Positions 51,401 through 62,628 of a stretch of 64,000 bases of DNA are shown here, one piece after another; positions within the stretch are counted from its first letter, which is position 1; every line of letters begins with the position of its first letter. A program made the position numbers and the translations under genes. Origin of the DNA: Aplysia californica (lineage: Eukaryota); the NCBI RefSeq assembly GCF_000002075.1, contig NW_004798145.1:71749-135748 (forward strand). The letters run 5' to 3'. The notes beneath the pieces were generated by a model. The model saw only the letters and a list, made by a program, of their open reading frames with translations, was not told the origin of the DNA and ran no database searches.

Positions 51401-52685
51401 ATACTTTTGTTATTTGGGTGATTGGCAGGTGCTCTGGTGTGGTTTGCTCCTTCTTGCCTTTCAAAAATATGTCATCTTTATCTTTCCTCCTTCTTTTCTT
51501 GGTATGTTACTCTCTTGTAATACTTTACTTCAATCTTCGACACTTATCTATGACCTGTTTGTGTTGCAAGAGCTGTAAAACTCTTGGTAAAACTAAACTA
51601 AAAACTTTTATTCTCCAGCTTGTATCCACTTAGCCAGTATAGTCAAGCAGAAGGACATCAAGGGCTGGTGTGCTGAGCTGTCTGTGGACAATGATAAGGT
51701 AATGATGACTTGAGTCTCATTGGAAAATATTGTTTAACCTGACTCTCGGTGTGGGTGCTTTTGCAGGTACTTCAGAGTGGTTTGTTCTTTCTTTCCTATC
51801 AAACATCTATAGTCCTTATCTATAAAGTACCACTGCTTATCTTCAGAACTAAAATTACGTTTTTGTGTTGCTAGTGCCATAAAAGTTATTAAAACTAAAC
51901 CAAACTGTCTTTGGTCAGGTGATGGAAATCACACGTATGCTGGTGAACCTCTACGACATGTGGAAGACGTATGATGAGAAGAAGGAGGTCCAAGTGGTGC
52001 TGGCCAAGATGCCCAAGCCCAGTCCATCCAGGTAACCGACGAGTTCCTTTTTGAGTTTATGTGATTGTAACTGATTGTGAATGTTTCATTCCAAATTTGA
52101 TATATCATCGACGGGTCGTTGAAATGTCCTAGGCCAAGAAGGCAACATTTTTCAGGAGAGTAAAAACTGTGCCATTCTTTAAACAGGTATACTTAAATTT
52201 TTTAATCTTTTCTGGCTGTTTTCAATGTTTTTAGAATTTGAATTTCAACTAAATATTTCTTGAGCATTTGTGCAATCGATATCACAGTTAAAGAAACTGT
52301 TATTTATTTTTTTTTTTTTATCTTGGGCTTACTACGTCTGAACAGCTTGCGGACAATGTATAATTCAAATCTTTGGAAGGTGGATTGCTTTGACCATTCC
52401 TGCCAGGACCAAACTTAAGCTTTGAGAAATGTATCCTGAAGAAAGACTGGGGTACTGGACAAAATAAGACATCCCCAATTGAAAAACAAACTCTCATCTT
52501 TTGAGTACAGATGCAGAGAGCCAAAATCATTACACAAAAGAGCACAATTCCCAGGGTTTTTTACTTCTCTGTTTGTATTTTTTTCTTTGTCCAGGCCCCC
52601 ATCGGAGACTCCCAGCTTGCAGGATGCTAACGCTCAGCAGCAACAACAGCAACAGAACCAGCAGCAGGCACAGATGCAAGCATGA
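39427..52685 (+). CDS. CCNC: Cyclin C (Mediator CDK8 module); 11 coding exons, 293 aa
   Basis: Exons 39427-39458, 43187-43293, 44444-44528, 45100-45169, 46702-46753, 48120-48211, 48676-48767, 49904-49971, 51619-51698, 51919-52031, 52595-52685 join in phase (882 nt). Protein MAGNFWASSHYQQWLLD...RQQVIATATIYFKRFYARNSLKCIDP...LASKVEE...LECEFYLLEMMDCCLIMYHPYRPL is cyclin C. Confidence 0.97.
39591..40009. mobile_element. MITE-like TIR element
   Basis: ggctattctcacccg ... cgggtgagaatagcc; internal inverted repeat cacagaattctaca/tgtagaattctgtg. Confidence 0.65.
40015..40522. mobile_element. MITE with ~25-bp TIRs and an 8-bp TSD
   Basis: ggaaggacttccgtaacaagcgacc / ggtcgctcgttacggaagtcctccc; flanks gcctgagt / gtctgagt; internal ccctaa/cccta subrepeats. 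Confidence 0.7.
40570..41088. mobile_element. MITE with long imperfect TIRs
   Basis: ctatttctccgaacgctcaggaaaatagactt / aagtttattttcccgagcgttcggagaaataag, with similarity extending ~70 bp inward. Confidence 0.7.
42385..42513. other. Assembly gap
   Basis: N run. Confidence 0.95.
42595..42980 (+). mobile_element. RTE-clade LINE 3' fragment
   Basis: KRRKLKCYG..TRSCGLSKTILQGTVQGRRWRGRQREGW..EWTG, typical of the RTE ORF C-terminus. Confidence 0.8.
43187..43293 (+). CDS. CCNC: CCNC exon 2
   Basis: QQWLLDRQDLYRERQHDLKILAEEEYQKIMMLFAN. Confidence 0.95.
43492..43863 (+). mobile_element. tRNA-derived SINE with CORE-like central domain, L2/CR1-like tail and (ATT)n end
   Basis: B-box GGTTCGAATCCC (~43553-43564); gtgtccttgggaaaggcacttt...tttcctcacttcacccagg; tail tgtaaagcgc...gctatataaat(att)n. 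Confidence 0.75.
44444..44528 (+). CDS. CCNC: CCNC exon 3
   Basis: IQALGEQLKFRQQVIATATIYFKRFYA. Confidence 0.96.
45100..45169 (+). CDS. CCNC: CCNC exon 4
   Basis: NSLKCIDPWLMAPTCAFLASKVE. Confidence 0.96.
45500..45900 (-). mobile_element. Decayed 5' portion of an RTE-like LINE (APE endonuclease start)
   Basis: LQMATWNVRTMYK (~45605-45643) matches the N-terminal xTWNVRT motif of APE endonucleases. Confidence 0.5.
45969..46502 (-). mobile_element. Full-length tRNA-derived Deu/Nin-like SINE
   Basis: A-box TGGCCTAGAGG, B-box GGTTCGATTCC, body homologous to 1327-1750, tail ctcatatgactttatgcagttgcgagcgccgtaaaaccctatactaaac(aaac)n. Confidence 0.8.
46702..46753 (+). CDS. CCNC: CCNC exon 5
   Basis: EYGVISNSRLMTTCQNI. 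Confidence 0.94.
46924..47290. mobile_element. Decayed hAT-like MITE
   Basis: caggggttgcacacactacggcc start and agtgtttgcccacct end resemble CAGGGGTGGGCAAAC-type termini. Confidence 0.4.
48120..48211 (+). CDS. CCNC: CCNC exon 6
   Basis: KNKFAHAFTGEYPYRIQNVLECEFYLLEMM. Confidence 0.96.
48676..48767 (+). CDS. CCNC: CCNC exon 7
   Basis: DCCLIMYHPYRPLVKFCADLNADADLLPTA. Confidence 0.96.
49689..49870 (+). mobile_element. Short non-tRNA retroposon copy upstream of CCNC exon 8
   Basis: Homologous to 56245-56415. Confidence 0.7.
49904..49971 (+). CDS. CCNC: CCNC exon 8
   Basis: RMVNDSLRTDAPLLYPPYLTAL. Confidence 0.95.
51415..51605 (+). mobile_element. Short non-tRNA retroposon copy upstream of CCNC exon 9
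   Basis: Homologous to 56245-56415; (CTAAA)-type tail ends ~13 nt before the exon. Confidence 0.75.
51619..51698 (+). CDS. CCNC: CCNC exon 9
   Basis: CIHLASIVKQKDIKGWCAELSVDNDK. Confidence 0.94.
51751..51905 (+). mobile_element. Short non-tRNA retroposon copy filling most of CCNC intron 9
   Basis: Homologous to 56245-56415; tail ends ~13 nt before the exon. Confidence 0.7.
51919..52031 (+). CDS. CCNC: CCNC exon 10
   Basis: VMEITRMLVNLYDMWKTYDEKKEVQVVLAKMPKPSPS. Confidence 0.95.
52595..52685 (+). CDS. CCNC: CCNC exon 11 (terminal, Q-rich)
   Basis: Strong polypyrimidine acceptor, phase-2 join, PPSETPSLQDANAQQQQQQQNQQQAQMQA*. Confidence 0.85.
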
Positions 52686-53247
52686 TGACATACTCACACA
52701 GTTTATTTGAACACTTTTTTTTCTCCATTTTCTATAGTGCTGGAAGTGGAAAGGGCAGGGGGAAGGAGAATTAGCAGCCAATTTTAACTGCTGGTTATTG
52801 CAAGCGGACCTGGTTTTCCCCGGGCTTAAAGTTCTTTGAATGAGGAGTCCCTGGCCGAGTCAGTACAAAGATGCAGGATACGTTTTAAAAAATATGACCA
52901 ACGCACCTAAGAAAAGACCAATATATGAACCAATCCATGTTCGTTTGGGTATTGGTGCAGGCAGAGACGAAGCTACCTAGCTGTGACATCAGTTCCAAGG
53001 AGTGACTTCCTGGTCGTGTTACTTTTTATAAAAGTATCCATATTCCTCCACAATCCCTGAAGTTCACTTTTTGGGGAGGTTTCATGTACATATATGTTCT
53101 GTCACGTAAATGGGATTTCAGAAAAGCTGTTGTTTTTACTTAAAATTGATGATGAAATGTGACTTTTTCAAAGCAATTTTGTTATTTTCTCTTCAAGTGG
53201 TTGATGTGCTCCACTGATAGATCCTACTTTTCTTTCCCTCTGTTTTT

Positions 53248-53301
<54 letters not shown>
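53248..53301. repeat. (TCTG)n microsatellite
   Basis: Direct observation. Confidence 0.95.
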
Positions 53302-53364
53302 CTGCTATTTCCCTACAACACAACTCCTGTTGTGTGATTTTCTATGCTTTTCACAAAGTGGATA

Positions 53365-53635
53365 GTTGGTGGGTGCTCTGGTTTGGTTTGCTTCTTCTTT
53401 CTTATCAAACTTCTATCGTCCTTATCTCCTCTCCTTCTTTTTTGTGTTTGTTGTTACTCTCTTGTAACACCTCTTATCTTCGGNNNNNNNNNNNNNNNNN
53501 NNNNNNNNNNNNNNNNNNNNNNNNNNNNNNNNNNNNNNNNNNNNNNNNNNNNNNNNNNNNNNNNNNNNNNNNNNNNNNNNNNNCATAAGCTAATTATGTT
53601 GTAAGTGCTGTAAAACTTACTAAAACACAAACAAA
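53365..53635 (+). mobile_element. Short non-tRNA retroposon copy interrupted by a 100-N gap (53484-53583)
   Basis: Both sides of the gap align collinearly to 56245-56415. Confidence 0.7.
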
Positions 53636-53759
53636 CAAAAGCCTCTTACTTTCTCTTTCTATCTCTGGCTACAAGGCTTACATTTTATGAGAGGACTGAA
53701 CTCCAACATACTGAACTTTTTTTTTGTACTTACCTCTGCCTTTGGCCTTTGTGAAGCAA

Positions 53760-53985
53760 AGGTGGCCAACGAGCTCTCTTTTGTAATCACGATTCCTCTG
53801 TCTGTCTGTTTCCATTTCTAGCTGTATTTAGTGATTGTCCGGTCTTCCTTACCTTTACATCTACATCATTTGGCCTTCCTCTTTTCCTTTTCACTAGTAG
53901 GTTCCAGGTAGGGTCTTGCCTTGTGGTGCCAGTTGCAGGATCATGATGAGTTTCAACAATCCATCTCCATCGCTTCCAGAGAATT
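53760..53985 (-). mobile_element. Decayed RTE LINE 3' fragment
   Basis: RWRWI...TRQDPTWN...GKRRRP-like remnant. Confidence 0.5.
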
Positions 53986-54534
53986 CGAAACTTGATGACG
54001 AAAGTTTCCAGAAACAGTTTTTATTTTGTCAGTACTATGACTTTATTCCCAGTTCTTTATACACGGAAGCTTTTGTTTTAAGTGTTTTTGTGTGAAACAT
54101 CATTTTAATTGCTAGTTAATTATTAGATTTTATAGAAACTCATAAAAAAGAAGTCTGTCTTGATCATTGAACATGATCTCATTTGTGATGCATTTTTGAA
54201 ATTACAAAATGTCAACACATGTTTTGAATCTGTTTCTTGCATGGTCATACATGGGTCTAGATCGCGAACATTTAACTTGAATCCGATCCAGTGAGAGCTG
54301 AGAATGTACGTTTTGCTGCACAATCACCTCTCCAAAGCGGTCACCTGTACTAAAGGCCACTGTTCCCTGACACTGCTGCATTTTTCTTTTCTTTTTAACC
54401 TGACCATAGCAGTTCCTGTCGAATGTCGTTGAGGTCTGTCATTTTTACGACAAGTCAGCTTGAAAATCTGTACATAGTGGTAACTTCCAAAAAAGTTTTC
54501 CCGCAACCTGTTCTCAGCCTGAATGTATACTTTC

Positions 54535-54540
54535 AATAAA
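54535..54540 (+). terminator. Candidate CCNC polyadenylation signal (another at 54839-54844)
   Basis: AATAAA downstream of the stop; not validated. Confidence 0.35.
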
Positions 54541-55095
54541 TTCTAAGCAGCCCATGTTAGATACTGTTTTGATGGAAATGAAAAGAAATAATTAAATTGA
54601 ATTCAGATTTCAGATTTTAAACCATCTGCTGACTTTATAATCAAGTTCAAGTCTAGTAAGTGACCATAACCCTGTCCATAGTGGCTCCATTTGTCTATTA
54701 CTTTTTCTTTGTGATGTTGAATGACCATTACCGACATGTTTAAATTCTGCATGAAAACAGTGAAAGTGGTACCTTATGGTGCGTTTTTTCATGCTGTACT
54801 GATGATAGATTTTACAGGTCTAGTTGGAAAACATCAACAATAAATGTTAACAGAATGAGAATGCAGGTAGTTGGATGGTCCCATTGGCAGATCCTACTTC
54901 TTTTCGTGCCATTTGATGTTTCTGTCTGCCTGTCTTTCTTTTTTTTTTCTGCACTAAATGATGGTTATTGTGTTGAACGGTTATAAGGAAGGATTTATTT
55001 TGCAAAGGATTTTAAACTACTATTACTACATCAGACATTTTGATTGTCTTCTGACTTCTGTCTTTGAGCACCTGTTTAGGTCTCACGGTAGATAA

Positions 55096-55446
55096 CATAG
55101 CTGCCAACTAGCACAACAAAATATTATAATGTGCTTTTGAAGGTCCAACTATGAAAGTATGATTCTTTTATGGTTTCTAGAATTTGTTTTTTTATGGGTT
55201 CTAGAATTGCTCCTCACGGACTTGTGAATGCTGAGGGAAAATCATGAAGTTTCAAGACTGAATTTGAGAATAATAACAATGTGAGAACGAAGCTGATAGG
55301 TCAATCGTAGTTATGTCCTTTACCATAGTTTCCTGCTGAACATGAGTTTATTGAATGCAGAAAAATGTGTGTGAAGGGTTTGGAGAGAGTCCACCATTTT
55401 GACCTGAGTCCGTTTTTTATTTATTTTTGAAAAGTTGGCAGCTATG
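55096..55446. mobile_element. MITE with perfect 14-bp TIR
   Basis: catagctgccaact / agttggcagctatg. Confidence 0.65.
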
Positions 55447-56244
55447 AAATAAATTTCACCTATTTGGAGCACAGCTGTGTCCAGGAAGATGAGCTGTCTG
55501 TTTGGAATTTGTTTCCAGTACCTCTGCATTATTTTAATGTCAAAATCAAATAAATTTACAGTACTGAATGAAAATCTGCCTGATTTATTTTCCGCTTCTT
55601 TTTGCCGTTTACCTAATTCTCATTATTTGGTGGGGACATCATCATTATCCTCGATATCATCAGCATCTTTTTCGTTGTTGTCCTGAGTTATAAACGATTC
55701 AAACTGTTAATGTCGATAGTGTTGGGCACAATTGAGCTGTGGGTGGTTGATGGGGGCTCTTGTATGGTTTCTTCAGCACATAACCTATTTGTTTTGCAAG
55801 TGCCATAAAACATTCACTATAATTGATAGATTACTAATGGACCATCTCCAAAACTTGATTTTTTGACAATGTTGCAAAGTGGGATCAAATACATCACTTC
55901 ATTGATAGGTGTAAAAATTCAGCAAATACAAAAATCATAAAACATCAGCATGACATTTGAAATAGAGTGGTCTTTGCTGGTAGATGGTCCATATGTGCCT
56001 GACACTTCTTACACCAGGTCTTGCCAGTTTACCAATGCTCTGCGTCCTTTACTAATAGGGTTATTTCTAGATTTCTCATTCTTTTTCCATTCCTCAGTGC
56101 TCTCCCTCCGTTTCTTCCTCTTCATCTGGTGTTTTTGATTACCTCGATCTCAGTTTAGTGTGTGGTGACCTGAGTCTATGATGTTATGCTTAAGATCTTT
56201 GCACTGCACACAAAAGCCATGAGTTTGATTCCACAATTAGGAAT

Positions 56245-56420
56245 GTGGGCGGTTGGCGGGTGCTCTGGTGTGGTTTGCTTCTTCTTTCCTATCAAACATC
56301 TGTCGTCTTTATCTCCCCTTCTTCTGTTTGTTACTCTCTTGTAACGCCTCTAATCTTCTGGCGCTCATATGACCTTATGCAGTTGCGAGCGCCGAAAAAC
56401 CTCTACTAAAACATAAAACA
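56245..56420 (+). mobile_element. Best-preserved copy of the short non-tRNA retroposon family
   Basis: gtgggcggttggcgggtgctctggtgtggtttgct...ctcatatgaccttatgcagttgcgagcgccgaaaaacctctactaaaac; near-TSD acaattaggaat/acaattaagaat. Confidence 0.75.
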
Positions 56421-59095
56421 AACAATTAAGAATATACACCGATGAGTTAAGTACATGTATATCTCTGTGTTGCTGCATGGGTAGCCCTAACATGCAGGAT
56501 GGGTGAAGGTATCTTGCCTCCAAGGAAACTGTCTTGAATTGTCTTTTTGGGAAATCAAACTCACCCCTTTAGAGAGTTGCAAATCATTGCACCAGATGCC
56601 AGTGCCAGTAGCAACATAATACAAAAATGCAATTACAATTACAATTCTAAAGAAAATTTCTTGAAATTGAAGTAAAATATTTGTGAGGCTTGCTAACAAA
56701 TTAAGTCTCTTCTCGCAATCTGTAGAATGGAGATATCGGCTAAAAATTGACACTGGGGTCAGATTGATAGATTTTCGATTGATGCCAGTTTCTTTAAATC
56801 TACTGTGTCTTTTATTATTCCATACTTACAAACTAGTTGATGCATCAATTTCTATAAAAGGCTAAAATCAGAGAAGTTTTGTCAGCACATCTCACATTTG
56901 TTGCACAAAAGAAGGACATTAACACAATGTTTGTGTATTGCCAGGAGAGAAAGAGCAATACAGACTGAGAGAAGCAGCAACGGTAGTTTTGAAAGGAGGA
57001 CCTACCAGAGGTCCTCTGCTTACTGACACATTTTTAAAACTATATCAAACATTTTGATCGTCATTTAGTTGTACATGTATCTTAGGACTGATACAATTTT
57101 AAGCTATATCAGACATTTTGATCACATGTGACTGTGACATAAACTAAACATAATACCCCAAAAAAATAAAGGAAGCTCATTAAATCTTTCAACGTTTTTA
57201 ATTCCATAACAAATCAGGTTTATGAGGAAACAAGATAAACAGTTCACAGAAATGTGACAATGCTGTGGAGATTCCATAAATTAAAAATAATTTTCATGCA
57301 TCTATAATGCAGCAAGTAGACATAGCCTACCATATCAGTTCTTGAGAAAATATATTTATACATGCAACTGGCCATGGATAACTCAAACGCATCGGGAAAG
57401 AATTGACAAATGTATTTCAACACATCCATAATTTGCAGTCAAGCAATACGGTAATGAAAAACTAAATAGATATACCGGTATGTCATTAAACAACCCTCTA
57501 CATTGTTTTTGTTTTTTTAATATGGTGGGAGGGGGCTTAAGCCTTGCTTTTGTGAAGCTGAAAGTATGTAACTGTACGTAAATATCATTTTTCAAATGCT
57601 TATATTGTTTTAAATGTTCATGTCTATGAGAGCAATATGTCCTTCATGGTGAGCTAACACTATTTTTACCAAAAATTGTTTACTGAGAGCCAAAAGTGAA
57701 CATGTCCATTTATACCTAAAAAAGCAAAACAGGTGTTCAAATGACATTCCAAACTAGTCTGTAAATATCAAACCTATTCTCCAAGTTTTGCCTCCATCAC
57801 AGTTCCCAACATGTTTATGTCCGAGATTTTCCAATTTACACCTTGCCCAAAGATTTCACTTTTGTCATTAAACATAGTCACCTCTAGCTCTCAGCAAAGG
57901 GTGTGTGTCATCCAGCAGATCCCTCATAAAGATGTCTCAAACAAAACTTCTATCTTTGTCTCATCAACAAAGGAAAATTTAGTGAGAAATATTGCATAGG
58001 ACACAATAGAAATAGAAGACTACGGCCTTACTTTCGAGTGAACTAAATCTACCTCCATTTATGTCCTTCTACGACAGTTTTAAAGATGTCAAAATTCCGT
58101 AACTATAGAATTTCTAATAAAAATGAACTTGACAGTCAAAGATAGAACCAGCCAAACAATAGAGCAAAAAAACAAACACGCGCAAGGGTTGAAAATTGTG
58201 ACTTGTGTCATTTTCCCCCTGTGCTCTTCATAGTTTATTATGTGATGCCACGGACATATCAAACAGTAAAATTACATACTAGATGTCAAGACAGTGAGCA
58301 CCAGATATGTGATGGAAGCACCTACACTTGTCCCGTCACTTTTGCATAAGGCAGTCTCCTTGTAGTGCCTAAGGAGAAGCAAATCGGCACAATAATAGCC
58401 CTTAATTAATTGCAAAGAAAAAGATAGAAACATCAGAGGGAAGTAAAAGAAAAATATCAGTAACATCACAACACAGAATGGAATAGTAAACAAAAAGCAC
58501 GACAACTGTAATCGGCACACAGTGGGCATTGCTTATAACAAACTTCCACAGAACAAACTTTTGACCTTATTTCAAGCAAAGGTTTAGTAAATATACTATA
58601 GGTATTTATTTGAACAGGTCTTTAAATTAATATCTTTTCCCCTGTTTATGAGTGTATTATAAGAAGACTCCACTGAAAGTTTCACATTATTAATATGGCA
58701 CATATCACATCATAAAAATGTATGGTATCAGAGACACCATTATAAATACACCCAAGAAAGTTGCTGCCTTTACGTATTGTGAGTGAAACAATGTGTGTTT
58801 CTCGATGTCTGTGACAAACAATGTGAGTCACTGTAAACAAAGGTCACTGAAAACAAAGTTTTTCATAAAAAATAAAGTGAGTCAGGACAGAAAAATGGTC
58901 ATACGCACACCGGTGTATGAAACAAAGAAACACATAGCTCTAACAAACAAGATCATTCAGTCCTGCACAGAGGGAAATGAAAGCATGATGACCTGAAATA
59001 AATTAGGAGCACAAAACAGTTTGCTCATGTAACAGAAGTCAAAAGGCGAATTTTTATGCAAGGGGGGGCTGCAGACCTGTGCAAAATATTCAGTA

Positions 59096-59728
59096 CAGTA
59101 GTCTCCGCCTAAAAGCACAGAGATCAGGAGTAGGAGGACTCCAGTGCATGCGTTTACACAGAAGGTGCATAAACATGAAACTGACCAAAAGGTGAAAAGT
59201 ATAAAACCATCTCATTTCCTTAATATTTCAGTTTAGTGATGATTGTTACCCTCCAATGAGGTGGAGGGGAGGGGGGTTTACAAAACAGGGTTACAAAAGA
59301 AAAGCTGACACAGCTTTTCAAAGAGTACTTGTCCAATAATGTGATGACACAAAAATATTTTGTACAGGATTCTCTGATCGCAGTTACGCCTACAAAGGTG
59401 TTAAATTGAGTAATGGAAAAAAGCAGAGAGATCGACTCACTGCACTCTACTGTTTACTTTATCGGGAACATAAGGAAACCCAAATACAGGTGAGAAACCT
59501 CTCAAAGATGCATTTCCAGTGACCAATAAAAAGATATTTCAGTCACCCTAACATAAGACTCGCCCAATCCTACGTCCCTGGACAGTACGGTGCAGGTTGA
59601 GGCGTGTGTTTAGAGGAAGTGACTATGCTTTCGAACATCTAAATTATCTAGAAAATTCTCATGTGATGATAGCGTACATTTGAATGGCGCATGCCTTCGT
59701 ATAGTGTGGGTTCAGACGAAGACTACTG
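59096..59728. mobile_element. Tc1/mariner(pogo/Tigger)-type non-autonomous element
   Basis: TIR cagtagtctccgcct / agacgaagactactg with TA on both sides. Confidence 0.65.
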
Positions 59729-60282
59729 TATTGATACATTTACTACAATACAGCGGGACTATCAAGTAAATGAAGCATCAAAGAACTACGGAAATGAATA
59801 TAATGACTATGACTTCTGTAAACAAACATTATAGAGCTGTATTCGCTTCAGGAGTGTAAAGGGTTGAATCTTTGACTGAGAGCCAAAGCAAGCATCTATT
59901 TATTAATCTCTTTAATAAGCTCTATGTCGTTGGTAGCTGATGAGATGTAGGCTACTCCCTTCAAAATTTTGAATTAAAAAAGATATTTCAGTTTCATGAC
60001 TTGAGGTATTGGTTATACATGTATTGAAATGTTTTGTTGAAATTCAAATTCTAGATTTTGATAAAAGCAAGAAAAGATACATAAAGCAGGTACACTTTGA
60101 AGAAGAATGAGGTTTTTTTCTCTCTCCTGAAAAATGTTGCTTTCAGAGTTCAGAATAGTTGAGGTTAAACAGCATCCCTAAGTAATTCCTTTTAAAATTT
60201 AAGACTGTATAGACCAGGAAACATTTTGTAAATGGAAAACTCCAAAACAAGAGCCTGACACAACCTCCAAACAAAATGTTTG

Positions 60283-60424
60283 NNNNNNNNNNNNNNNNNN
60301 NNNNNNNNNNNNNNNNNNNNNNNNNNNNNNNNNNNNNNNNNNNNNNNNNNNNNNNNNNNNNNNNNNNNNNNNNNNNNNNNNNNNNNNNNNNNNNNNNNNN
60401 NNNNNNNNNNNNNNNNNNNNNNNN
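60283..60424. other. Assembly gap
   Basis: N run. Confidence 0.95.
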
Positions 60425-61797
60425 GAAGTGCAACAGAAAGAGAATAAAACAAAAATGTTCCAGCAGATGCCATTCGACGTGAGTATTCATTACATTCATT
60501 TAGGCTATCAACAGAACAAAGACATCTCACCATTTAATACTGCAGGGTTACATTCAACAAAAATTAAATTATGAGATCAAAAGGAAAACTCATGTTTTAT
60601 TATTACAGAACTGTGATTTCAAAGGAAAACTCATGTTTTATTATTACAGAACTGTGATTTCAACTGAAATATTCCACGGCCGTCAGGCAGAGAAGGCAAA
60701 ATTCTTGACCTTTTCTGGACACATACAATAACATGATTAAAAATATTTAGATGTATAACTGTGACGTGAAAAATAAACAATAAATCAGAGCTCATAAACC
60801 TTTTTATAGCCAGCACCTATTTTTGCCATCTTTAAGAGACTAAAATGTTCATACCACCCACCACCATGTATTTCCAAGCAGGACATTAGATAACACCTGT
60901 CACTACCCACGTGATCCCCACCGCCCATCAAAATAACCAGATTGTCCATTAGTGGGTGATATTGCGCAGGTTGGTAAGCACTGGCTTAGATCCACCTCTT
61001 CTGCTCTATGAATATATTACGTCATGTCAAATAAACAACTTGATTTTAGAAACTTTCGCTTTTAAGAAAATATTCTGTCATTGTCATGTCAATTAAACAA
61101 CTTAATGTCAAGGTCTTACATTCCTAGAAAATTTCACTTCCCTGTCAAATAAAAAATTAAATTTCAAGGTCTTCCGTTCCAAGAATATATTACGCCATGT
61201 CAAATTCGTAACTATTTACAGAATATCCTACTGGAGGAGAAAGTAATAATAAATAGGAAAGCTTTTGCAGAACACAGAGAAAATTTTTAAGAACCAAAAT
61301 GCCATATCCCATTCTCAGACTCCACTGATTAATGTCATCATTAAACAAATTGCAGAAGTATAAGCTGAACACCGGTACAAACTTTTTTGTACTCAGAATG
61401 TAAAAATATATCTTGATTACAGAGATATACTGAATTTCATTCCTACTGTCCAGAACTAAAAACTAAAACTCTAAAAAAATAAATTTCATTTGCAGAGAAA
61501 TCTATTTATTTTAAAAAGTTCAAAATAACTAGCTTGCATATTCCAAAGTGTAACGCACTCCAATCTTTAAAATCTTTCAGTTGAAAGGTTAGTATAAAAT
61601 CAAGTGCTTCCCTCAGACATTGATTGTTAAAAGAGTCGGATTCAATATTAAAAAAACAACAATCAAAAATCCAAACTGACCCCATGCACAAATTGAAACA
61701 CTCAAACTGCTATAGGAAGACTTTTCCAAGCCTTCATATTACTCAGAAATTTCCACAAATGCAGCCCCTGGCGCTGGAACAGCCTTACAATCATTAA

Positions 61798-62036
61798 CCC
61801 TATCCGTACGACGTGTTTTACTATCGTATCCATGCGACGCTGGGAACTCTGTGCCACCACTTTCCAAAGAGGAAATTCACTCGTTCATCCCATCCGTACG
61901 CTTTGCACAGCAGTCAGTCAAAATGATTTTTTGAGAAATACTGAAAGTTTCAAAGAGATCTTTGTACTAGAAGTGTTCTAAAATGTGAAGAATACAACCC
62001 GGGGGTACAAAATGATCCCAGAGCGTACGGATAGGG
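61798..62036. mobile_element. piggyBac-like MITE
   Basis: TTAA|ccctatccgtacg ... cgtacggataggg (13-bp perfect TIR; right TTAA absent). Confidence 0.55.
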
Positions 62037-62388
62037 ACAGCAATGTTTGCAGCCATGACAGAAATTGATTTCCTTCCTTCATGCTGGTTATGTTGAGGTT
62101 TTTTGGGGGAGTTTTTTTTTTGGTCTTTTAAAGTGTGAAAATGATCACAACCTCACTGATAATCAGACTCTTATAGGAGGAGTTTTACCCGTACCCCTGC
62201 ACTTTTAAATACATCAAGTCTTTCAAAACAAGATAAACTTCACATGATTTCATTTTCTACATTTCCCTTCAAGTAGGCCTATATGGTTTACGGCATCATC
62301 CACTTCATTCGGCCATGTAAGCACAACAAATGTTCACTCCCAGAAAAAGAAGCAACCCTGCAAAACAATATGAAAGCTATTGCGACTA

Positions 62389-62628
62389 CTACAAGGAACT
62401 GTGCCGAAGCCCCTGTTGCTGAAACAGGTGTGCTATGTCTGCCGCGTCGATGGTGATGGTCTCCTCTCCACCGTGTAAGCCACCGTGGTTGTCCTGGGCC
62501 ACCACCTCGTACTGCTGAGGCACCGAACCCTGACCCCCTGAGGGTCCCGGGCTGTTGGTGAACTCGTACATGACGCCGTCCACCTCCAGCTGGTTCACCG
62601 GGTACAGAATGTCCTCTGTTTGATTCAC
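62389..62628 (-). CDS. Terminal coding exon of an unidentified protein (acidic, low-complexity C-terminus)
   Basis: Acceptor ttcag, high GC3 codon usage, VNQTEDILYPVNQLEVDGVMYEFTNSPGPSGG...HSSL*; phase-0 join to 63313-63524. Confidence 0.8.
   Translation of the reverse strand: MNQTEDILYPVNQLEVDGVMYEFTNSPGPSGGQGSVPQQYEVVAQDNHGGLHGGEETITIDAADIAHLFQQQGLRHSSL

Noticed and set aside
59936-59960. CTGATGAG as a hammerhead ribozyme core
   Set aside because: No stem II/GAAA partner or closing helices.
824-61691. Most short ORFs in the supplied track
   Set aside because: Chance ORFs in AT-rich intronic or intergenic DNA, or spanning N gaps; only those overlapping the listed exons and LINE remnants are supported.
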